Source: Alloascoidea hylecoeti
Taxonomy: Eukaryota
Length of the DNA: 64,000 bases
Assembly: GCA_001600815.1 (NCBI GenBank)
Contig: BCKZ01000001.1
Span: forward strand, 416,613-480,612
Direction of reading: 5' to 3'
Each line of letters opens with the position of its first letter. Position 1 is the first letter of the stretch. The notes under the pieces were generated by a model. It was not told where the DNA came from. It saw nothing but the letters and a program-made list of their open reading frames with translations, and searched no databases. This document shows, piece by piece, positions 21,934 to 32,045 of this stretch. A program made the translations under genes and the position numbers.

Positions 21934-24807
21934 TCATTGTCCATAAACCGCATTCAACTCTGCAATTCCTCGGCTGAAGACGTGCCAATCAACGCTTCTG
22001 ACCCATTCGTTTTCTTCGAGTCGCTCATCCCCTGCAGGTGCGAAATGTCGCATCCGTCTTACCAGCTCGGCCTCCCCATATTCGTCATCGTCACCCACCT
22101 TGCCAGCTTCGTCCCCATCCTCAACCTCAACCTCAACCTCTCCATCCTCATCCTCCTCATTCTCAAACTCGATCTCATCCAAATGTGAGTCATAATTCCT
22201 GCTCTCATGTCCTTCCTTTTTTCTTTTAATGACCCCTAACCGGTGCCGTTCTTCCCATTTATATAATTCATACATAAATTTGAGATTTGGTTGAATTATA
22301 ACATTTAACCGCCGAACCCTAACATACATGTATGCCTCGGGTACTCCGATCTGCAATCTTTTCATAATCTCGGCAATTGCAACTGTTGCTGATCTCGATA
22401 CTCCTGCACGACAGTGAACCAAGCACGTTTCTTTCCTCTGATATCCAACTTCTAAAAAATCCATTATAAATGGTAAAACTTGTGATATTGAGTCTTTACC
22501 ATCATCTTTTAATTTTCCAATATAAATTGCTTTATAAATTTCATCATCATTATCATTATTATTTGCTTTAAAAGTTATTGCATAATTTTTACCATTTTTA
22601 CTTGTTTTTTTTGAAATTATTAAATTTTTTGATAATTTTTTAATCCATTGTACTTCTTCTCCAATACTAATTATTCTTTTAATTCCAATTAATTTTAAAA
22701 TCTTAAAATCTTCAGCATGTAATAAACTACCTAAATATAAATGTGATAAAATACGACATGGAAATATACCATCTAATTCTTTTATCCAATCTTCCATATC
22801 CAATTCTAATTCTTTATTATGGTCATTTGAATTTAATATACTTTGATTCCAAATGAAATTTCTTATTATATTATCATTATCATTATCATTATCATTATCA
22901 TTATCATTATCATTATCATTATCATTATCATTATCATTACCATTAATATTATTATGATTATTTTCACGTGCTTCATCTTCTTGTAATACTTCAATTTTAA
23001 AAGGATCAATCTTTTTAATCTTTGGTGAAAACTTTCTTAAAATTGGTTCTAATTTTAAAATAAATTTAATATCATTATTAAAACAAAACCATGGTCTATT
23101 ATATTCACATCTTAATAAATTCATCGCCTCATATATTGATATATTTTTTGAATAAATTAAAAAACATATAGTACATAATGAAATCTCGGTATAACCATCC
23201 GAACAATATAATAGTATTTGATTATCTTGGTAATTTGATCGAACGTAAATTAGTTTTAAAAAGTTTAAAATTGTTAAAGCATCAATTTTTTTTAAATTTT
23301 TATCGTTATTATTATTATTATTAAAAAAAATTGGAACATTTGAAACATCCTTACTTTTTGTATTATTGGGTTGGAATTCTGATGAATTTAATGGTGTATC
23401 AGAAGGTTCCTTACATCCTAATGCTGGAAATTCAATAAATAACGGTTTTAATAATATTCTATTTGTTTCACCTTCTTCATCCAAATTTATATTTTTATTT
23501 TTTAAGGAACATTGTTCTTTAAAATCATTAAAGTAATCTTTTAATAAATCCATTGTTATTGGTTGGGTTAAATCTGCTGAGCATTTAACAAATGTTGTAA
23601 AAGTTTGTTTATTAAATTGAGGTACATTATTATGTTCATAATTGACATGTTTTAAGTAAGGTACTGATTCCCATGTTAAATTTGAAATTAATTTTGATTC
23701 ATTTTTTGTAAGATGAAGAATTGAATAATCATTATCATTATAATCATATTGTTTTATATTATGTTTTGTGTTTTGCAATTTCTTTTTAGTATAAATTTGC
23801 ATATTTGAATCATTTCCAATCCAAATATTATTATTTATTGGAGTTGCTGATGTCATTAACATTAAATATAATTTTTCTTGAAATATATAATTTGAATCCC
23901 AATTTTTTAACATCTTTTTTATTATAACATTTTCCAATTTTAATTCATTATCATTATCATTACCATTATCAACTAAAAATTTAGAAAAATAATGATTTGG
24001 TATAATTGATTCTAAAGTTTTAATATCTTCGTTTAATATAAAAGTTTTAAAAACAGGTAATTCATTATGATTTTTTCTTAACCATTTTTGAGAAATTGAT
24101 ACTAATTTTGCAAAATTTAAAACTTTTTTAAAATCATTACCATAAATAATTATATCAGATATATAAGAAAATCGACATACTTGTGATCTAAAACCTCTTA
24201 AATTTAAATTTCCAGAATTTTTAGAATCATTCGAAATGGATTTAATTGTAAGAAACTCAGGCAGTATATCTTCTTCTTGGCATATCTTCAAAAGTTCAGC
24301 AGCAACATCTTTTGGATATGATTCTAGTGAGGGGATTGGAGACGGTTTTTTGGAACGAAGATGCGGTCCAATAGGATCGGTATTATCATCTTGTGATTGG
24401 CTTAATGATAATGATTCAAAATCAATGTGCCTCGAGCGTGCAGATACCAGTATTTCATCGGGCCCAACCGATCCCAAGATCGAAGAGTCCGAGTGGCTCG
24501 AGACGTTCACAAATATCAAGCCCCTGTAGCCAGTGGGGTACCCATTAGGGCACCCATTAGGGCCCGCAGGTGTACCGTGGAGCCATGGGAACATCGCGTG
24601 GGCCGGCGGCAGGGGCTTTGCGTAGTGCCAGTCGAGGGCCCCCACAGCCATTTCCGGGGAGACGCGGAACACGTCCGGGTCCGGGGGGGAGAGCACGCGG
24701 GCGACATGTGACTTGTGGATGCCCAGGTAGGAGGACAGGGGGGCGGGGGGCATGACGTTCTGGGTGATGCTGACGGTCCGAGCGAGACCGGATTCCACAG
24801 ACAGCAT
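21934..24807 (-). CDS. PPS1: Dual-specificity protein phosphatase, Pps1 type
   Basis: MFPWLHG, an inactive first DSP module (ILLYCSDGYTEIS), PCRILSHLYLGSL, the catalytic VHCRAGVSRSAT and VRVRRLNVIIQPNL. Start uncertain; ATG 24807 chosen. Confidence 0.9.
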   Translation of the reverse strand: MLSVESGLARTVSITQNVMPPAPLSSYLGIHKSHVARVLSPPDPDVFRVSPEMAVGALDWHYAKPLPPAHAMFPWLHGTPAGPNGCPNGYPTGYRGLIFVNVSSHSDSSILGSVGPDEILVSARSRHIDFESLSLSQSQDDNTDPIGPHLRSKKPSPIPSLESYPKDVAAELLKICQEEDILPEFLTIKSISNDSKNSGNLNLRGFRSQVCRFSYISDIIIYGNDFKKVLNFAKLVSISQKWLRKNHNELPVFKTFILNEDIKTLESIIPNHYFSKFLVDNGNDNDNELKLENVIIKKMLKNWDSNYIFQEKLYLMLMTSATPINNNIWIGNDSNMQIYTKKKLQNTKHNIKQYDYNDNDYSILHLTKNESKLISNLTWESVPYLKHVNYEHNNVPQFNKQTFTTFVKCSADLTQPITMDLLKDYFNDFKEQCSLKNKNINLDEEGETNRILLKPLFIEFPALGCKEPSDTPLNSSEFQPNNTKSKDVSNVPIFFNNNNNNDKNLKKIDALTILNFLKLIYVRSNYQDNQILLYCSDGYTEISLCTICFLIYSKNISIYEAMNLLRCEYNRPWFCFNNDIKFILKLEPILRKFSPKIKKIDPFKIEVLQEDEARENNHNNINGNDNDNDNDNDNDNDNDNDNDNDNIIRNFIWNQSILNSNDHNKELELDMEDWIKELDGIFPCRILSHLYLGSLLHAEDFKILKLIGIKRIISIGEEVQWIKKLSKNLIISKKTSKNGKNYAITFKANNNDNDDEIYKAIYIGKLKDDGKDSISQVLPFIMDFLEVGYQRKETCLVHCRAGVSRSATVAIAEIMKRLQIGVPEAYMYVRVRRLNVIIQPNLKFMYELYKWEERHRLGVIKRKKEGHESRNYDSHLDEIEFENEEDEDGEVEVEVEDGDEAGKVGDDDEYGEAELVRRMRHFAPAGDERLEENEWVRSVDWHVFSRGIAELNAVYGQ
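22871..22936 (+). repeat. (TTATCA)x11 hexamer encoding an Asp-Asn repeat in PPS1
   Basis: Read directly from the sequence. Confidence 0.95.
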
Positions 24808-25139
24808 TGCTGCGGATGGGTGGTCGCGGGACGGAGTTTGCGTGGCAGCCAGCGTGTGCTGAGATGTACGCCGGCCGCAGTAATCCGGGGCACATGGACG
24901 CTCTGGCTGCAAGGGTTCAGCGATGCAGGCATGCACAGGCACAGGTGGTGGCAGCAGGCTGCGTTCAACAGTATTGTGAAATGTACCATGCCGCACCCAA
25001 AAATATTTACAATCGCAGGTTCTATATATAGATTTTATGTCCCTGAGATCACCTTCTAATAATATTCCCTGCTGATCAGTATATATATCCTCGTCTGTGC
25101 CTGAGCTTGAACTCAATTGCTATCCAAATCCATCTCATA

Positions 25140-26899
25140 ATGTCCTCGAACCACAGACATACCGCAACGTAAGTACCGTCCTCCACGATGTTGAGATGCT
25201 AGACTAACCGTTGTGTCCACGAAAAGCGTTTTCAACCAAGATTTCATCATCGATAACCATTTCGAGGTGACCAAGCAGCTGGGCCATGGCGCTTATGGCA
25301 TAGTCTGTGCTGCAAAGTATTCTGAAGGTGGCTCCGTCGCAATCAAAAAAGTCATGAACATTTTCTCTCAAAAAATCCTCTGTAAAAGAGCCTTGAGAGA
25401 ATTAAAGCTTTTACGCCATTTAAGAGGTCACAAAAATATAACCTGTATTTATGATTTGGATATCGTCAATCCCCAAAATTTTAATGAATTATACATTTAT
25501 GAAGAATTGATGGATTGTGATATGCATCAAATTATAAAATCAAAACAGCCTTTAACTGATTCTCATTTTCAATCTTTTATATACCAAACTTTATGTGGTC
25601 TAAAATATATTCATTCTGCAAGTGTCTTACATCGTGATTTAAAACCTGGCAATTTATTAGTTAATTCTGATTGTGAATTAAAAATTGGTGATTTTGGTTT
25701 AGCAAGAGGTTACTCCGATAATAAAGATAGAAATGCTTCATATATGACTGAATATGTTGCAACAAGATGGTATAGAGCTCCTGAAATCATGTTAAGTTTT
25801 CAAAGCTATTCAAAAGCAAGTACGTATTTTCCTTTTCTTCTTTATATATTATATATTTTACGAATACAAACTAACATACTCTCTAAAAGTTGATGTTTGG
25901 TCGGTTGGTTGTATATTGGCTGAATTGTTAGGTGGTAAACCTTTATTCCCTGGAAAAGATTACGTCGATCAACTTAATCAAATTTTAAGAATTTTAGGTA
26001 CACCAACAGAATCTGAATTAAAAAGAATTGGCTCAAGAAGAGCAAGAGATTATGTACGTCGTTTACCATATATGCCAAAAGTTCCATTTTATCGATTATT
26101 TCCAAATGCAAATCCTGAAGCTTTAGATTTATTAGAAAAAATGTTAGCTTTTGATCCTGCAAAAAGAATTACTGTAAAGCAAGCTTTAGAACATCCTTAT
26201 TTAAAAGTTTGGCATGATCCTTCTGATGAACCTGAATGTAGGGTACCTTTTGATTTTAGCTTTGAAGAAATTGATGATATTGAAACAATGAAACAAATGA
26301 TTTTAGATGAAGTTGCTAATTTCAGAACATTAGTAAGAAAACCTCTTGAAGAACAAGAACGTGAATTTAAAAAACAATTTAAAATTCCAACTTCTGATTC
26401 ACATTCATCATCATCATCATCTTCTTCTTCTTCTTCTTCTAATACTAAGAATAAACATCAAAGTCAAAGATCAAGATCTGGATTAAAAAAATCAGGTCCA
26501 GAAACCTCCAAACGTCAATCATCATCTAAACAAAGCCATCATAAATCTTCAAGTTTTGCACATACAAGAAAAAGATCAACTTCAAGTAATACTAGTTCTA
26601 ATAGTCAAAATACAAATGATACAGTAACTGGAAATGGATTTAATGACAATTTTAATAGTTTATTAAATTTTGGTACTCCAAATTTAAATTTTCAAGAAGT
26701 TTCTAGTTCACATATGCATAATCGTGCAACTAGTATTGGAAGTATTAGTGATCTTGGTATTCCATCAACAAGTTATAAAACAAGAGATTTACCTCCAAAA
26801 CCACAAGAAATGTATGGTATGAATGATAATATTAATATTGATGATTTAGAATTTGATTTGGAATATGGTCTTGATGATTATAAATTCTTAAATAAATAA
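25140..26899 (+). CDS. SLT2: Cell-wall-integrity MAP kinase (Slt2/Mkc1 type); 3 exons
   Basis: Introns 25169-25226 and 25820-25889 give [16 protein letters not shown]...[10 protein letters not shown]...[12 protein letters not shown]...[37 protein letters not shown] activation loop and long C-terminal tail. Confidence 0.93.
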
Positions 26900-29800
26900 C
26901 TAACATTCTTAATCATCAATCTTAAGTTTTGGAATTAAGGTTTAAAGTTTTCATTTCAATTTTATTAATCTTTTTTTTTTTTAATCTTTTTACGATTTTC
27001 TATTTTTATAATTGATAAATTTGATTTTTCAAATACCTTTTTGTTCATTATATTAATATGATTTTCCTTTTTTATTATATATATTTTTTTTTTCTTTAAT
27101 TTGTCTTTGTCTTTAAAAATTTTTATATTTGTAACTTTTACTCGAACATTCCCCTCCTTCAAACATTTCTTAATCAAAATTAATATTGGTTATTTTTTGG
27201 TTATATTATTACCTACCTAACCATCGGCTCTCTCCTTTATAAATTCATTTCTCATCAAAATCTTCCCTATTCTTGTTTATTATTATATTATATATTAGCA
27301 TTTCATGCATTATTTTGTTTTATCCCTTTTTCTCTTCTTGTCATATTATATTTGTTTTCATTTTAGCATTAGAAATGATGTTGTATTTGTTTATATTGAA
27401 GAAATTCTCTCACACAATTAATATTTTTTATTTTTTGATTTGATTTCTGGTCAACGTTAACGTTTGCTTTTAGTTTTTCCTCTCTTGAAAATCGCTAACA
27501 TTACATTCCTTATATATTCTAGAATTCTTACACGCACACACTCCTTTAAAATTTTACCCATTCTCTCTACTACAAAAAAATTATATTATTTTTTCTATAC
27601 TTTTCTCTATTTATTTATTGAACATTTTGCATTTGACTGGCTATTTTTTGTGGCGTAAGTTTCTCATTCCTTAAACTTATATATAACTATTTATAATGAT
27701 TTGGCTTCAATTCATTTTATACTATATGTATAGTATAACATTACTCTTTTTTTTTTTTTGATTCTTTTTTTCAAGATATATCAATTAATATTACTTGCAT
27801 CAACATCATCATCATCATCATACACTCCTTATTAGTTATAGACTTTTTATTTTTATTTTTTTTTTTCTTTTTCTTTTTGTTGTTGCTTTCTTTGCACTTG
27901 CTACTGACATTAACAATCAATATAACTAACTTATAAATTATCATGATTACATTCCTTTGCATTTTACTATTTACATATTATATATTTTGTTACATTAGTC
28001 TTAAATTTCATCTATATAATCTTTTTTTGTTACACATCTTGTTAACTTTGAAGTTGTATATATAATTCTTTTTTGCTTGTTTAAATGCATTTGCTCAATA
28101 AAAAATAAGTTTATTTTTTACTAATATTGTAATACTAAAATAACTACCTATGGCCTTACTTTAGTACCAGTACAAAATTTAATTGTTATATCTTATAAAG
28201 CTTGAGACTTTAGGGTAAGTTATGGGTGCCAATCATGATATATATACACATATGCACGAGACACAAATACTAAAATAATTTTTAAAAATTAAAAGCTTTA
28301 ATTATTTCTTATTTAAAAGGCATACATCTTAGTTGAGATACAAGAGAATATAATAGTTTTTTTAAAAAAAGAATTGTATCATAGTGCATTTGACTTCGTA
28401 TATAAACCGTGAAAATGGCGTAATGTTATTCGCATCATTCAACATTTCAACGACTTCATCAATGTTAAAAATAGGAGTGGTCTTGGAAAAGCACCTCACA
28501 CCCTAATTAACTCTAGAAGTGTATTCAAGTTTTCTAATGGATTGTCTGAAAATTAGAAATGATTTTCTTAAGCCGCGCTTGTTGGTAATTTGACTCGCAG
28601 TTGGTACAGTAACTTACCTAATATAATTTGTAATTAAAATTTAACAAAATATAGTTAATTTAGTTATAAGCTTCCAAACATAAAAAGGGTTAGTATATAA
28701 AAATATAGGGTATAAATTCAAAACTAACTGCGGCTGTCGACGTTGAATATCGTTATCACAACAAATCTAATTAGCGATGTTTTGATAAAATATTTAAAAG
28801 AAGCAACAGATAGTTCTGGAATCAATTTTTTAAAAGAATACGAATATCAACTTCCTGATCATGATCAGGAGATATTTACAAACGTTAACGTTAACGCCAG
28901 GGGAATTAATAAAAAATAAAATAAAAAAAAATACATTGTTAATTACAAAGGTATTATATACGTAATTGAATTTTCTAGCATAATGACTGCAAATATATGT
29001 ATAACAAAAGTTTTAATTGAGCATAAAGTAATTAATCTCTTATGTATATTACGAGGGTATAATAAATTGATCATAATATATAGTACATCTCGGATGTATT
29101 TCTTAGATTCGAACCGAAATGAAAGTGGGTTTACAGGAAACTATGGAGGTTCTTGGTTCAAAATTTCATTGGAAATCAAAAAACTATTTTAATGTTGATC
29201 TTTTATATTTATCAAATTTAAAAATAGTCATTTGATTAATAATATTCCTGGCTAATTGTTCAGGCAATTTCGCTGTTTATGTAGTACGGGTGTTAAGCAC
29301 TTATTAGTTTTCTGTGGAGAATTACGTATACGTAGTTTCCAATTAATTACCGGTATATTCTTTTCTTTTTATTTTAGTAGCTATTACCGGACTGTTAACC
29401 GCGTTGTTAAATCTTATCTTCATTGTGTCTAATCGATGACTTACTTACAAAAAGCTACAATTATAAACAATTATCTAAATTATCTAAATTCACCCAAATT
29501 TATCCAAGATTTACCTTGCTAAATATCCTTTTTGGGACCATACTACCACTTTCATGACTATCTCCTCATCTCTTTTCCATCCACCAAGGATAAGCATAAG
29601 AAATTGGTGGAGGTGCTTAAATACATACTCAACGATGAGGTCGTTGTAAAACTGTAAACTGTAAAAGACCAATTCATCGTAACTTTTTTCATCTATACTT
29701 TCATGATCAGCAGAGGAATCCAAAAGTGTCGTTTACTAGTTTTTTCTTTCTTTTCTCATGTCGGATATTTGCCCCCTCTATTAGCTAAAGGTGGATGATC

Positions 29801-30544
29801 TCGTTTCACCTTCTTTAACCAATTACAATCCACAACTCGATGGTTGGTCATTCACAGACCCAGCGGTTTGGATTCATATCTTTTTTTCATGACATTTAAA
29901 AAAGCTGGCCCTTCAACTTTGGTCAATTCAGACCCGTAGTATATTTCCACTGTGAAATTGCCTAAACAATCAGCATATACGGCTGTAGTATATTCTCGTA
30001 TGTATACATGCATGCGCATATATTCGGCAAGTGTTTATGATTAGGGATCATATAATCTATATAATTAATATAATTAGTGTCCACCTTTAAATTTCGATAG
30101 AGATAAGCGGGTATGATTGATTGAATTGGTTAATTGTTTTTATTGATATCATTATTAAAAATACTCCTTATTATTCTAGTTATCGCTAATAGGTTATATT
30201 ATTTTATGCACATTGAACGATTGAAATTTATGTCACAAATCTCTATTAGAGTTTGATTATTAAAGTTTGTGTTATTAGAATATTGCTTTTCTTCCACCAG
30301 TTGATTAGCTCTAGTTTACAAAGTATCCTGGTGTGAAATGGCACAACTAATAGAACGCCCTTTTCATTTTTTGAAAAGTGTATTAAAAAGCATACAGGAG
30401 ATACTTAATTTTAAATATAATTAATTAAATAAATACCAAATTTATAATAGATGGGGATATTTATGGTTACAATTCCAATAATAGGTTATGAAGTTGATTC
30501 CCGTAACAATAAGTGGTAGATATTTAACGGAAATAAAAGATGGT

Positions 30545-30900
30545 GTGATGAAACAGTGACTCAATATTTAGCCGGGTATGACAATTAAGGTGCAACAAAT
30601 AGAAGAATGTGAGAATAGTTTGAAGGTCAATTCTTGTTGAAGGAATTACGAAATTATTAGGAAAGATTTGGGTACAAAAACACATCCAACTATTCAATTG
30701 ATAAAAGAGAAGAATATTTGGCAACTTATTTGCTCTGTACCAAAATAAGAACAATTACAGTTGTACTACACAGAAGAATGATCATTATAGTTGCTCAGTT
30801 TGCAAAGGGGATGATCATTATACTTCTAACTGCCGATCAAGAATACGAAAATGTTACTATGGTAGGTAGTAGTCCTGGTCATTTTAAAGCAAACTGCCTC
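30545..30900 (+). mobile_element. Degenerate retroelement gag-like relic with CCHC zinc knuckles
   Basis: CSVCKGDDHYTSNC (CX2CX4HX4C) at 30792-30833. A second broken knuckle CYY-G...SPGHFKANC at 30852-30897. Upstream DETVTQYLAGYD resembles a gag motif. Multiple stops and frameshifts. Confidence 0.6.
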
Positions 30901-31277
30901 GAAATACGAAGTATTGCAATCAAAAGTCAAAAAGAGTAACGTTCTACTAATATGAGTGATACAACTGTAATTGTTCTTATTTTGTCGATAAGCACTGTAT
31001 AAAATACCTACATACTGTAAACATCTACTAGTTTTAAAAGGTTGACGATAGTAAGAAATTAAATATTATAGGAGTGGCCAATAAAAATCGTGTATCTATA
31101 CTGTTGTATTGGTGGGCACCCGGGTGAAAACATGTCTAACTTCCGGAGTAGATCTAGACTACAAATCTGCCTAAGCTATCCTCATAATTAATCAAACTTG
31201 ATGTTCAGTTCGTCGGGTCCCTTTATATCTTTAATATCGTCATTACGTAGAGATTTCAAGTTAATACTATATTATAT

Positions 31278-31791
31278 TTACTTAATGTTAAACATATGTT
31301 TAAGGTGAGAAATGCTAATACATTTAGTTAGCCAGGAACAGAACCCATAGAAGTAACATGATACTTACTCTTCTTTTTGAAGATTAATCTTATATTTGCT
31401 CAATAACGATGAAACAACTTTGATTTGATCCTTCACTTCTGAATCAAATATAATTCTAAACATGGCGAATCTTGATAATCCCGTACCTTCCGCATTAACC
31501 AATTTCTTCCGAACTAATAAATCATTAAGTTTATTTGCTTCTTCCCTGATCTAGAATCAAATCTTGTGTCAGTCAATTCATAATTATTCACAAGTTATTA
31601 TAACATACTCTCGGATACTTTTCTAATTTATCTGCAAATCTTCTAGATCGTTCCTTACTTTCCTCGCTACCTCCTATATCTGATGAATACCATCTTTGAC
31701 TAACTCCATATTTCAAAATGCGAGGTCTTAAAGCAAAACTTTGTCGTAATAAAGAATAGTTAATTTGTCTTAATACAGGTGTTCTAAACAT
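31278..31791 (-). CDS. Small uncharacterised protein with a mitochondrial presequence-like N-terminus; 3 exons
   Basis: Introns 31551-31608 (GTATGT...CTGAC...TAG) and 31315-31368 (GTAAGT...GCTAAC...TAG) give an open frame MFRTPVLRQINYSLLRQSFALRPR...QRWYSS...KYPRIREEANKLND...EDISHLKHMFNIK*. Confidence 0.75.
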
Positions 31792-32045
31792 TGTTGTTTG
31801 ATTTAGAGTAAATAATTAGTGTAAAAATCCAAAGGTATGCTTTGTATGCTTTTATTTAGTTGAATTTAATAGTTTGTTCCAAGTGATGTAGTTGGACTGA
31901 CTTATCTTTGATATTATCAAATTGCAATATGGTACAACTCTTGTCCGGGTAAAACTGTGTAAACAGAAAGCGGAGTGCCTTATAATTGCCATTCAAAATA
32001 AAGCCCTACACACAACTATACATTCGCTAGAAACACAGAAAAATC

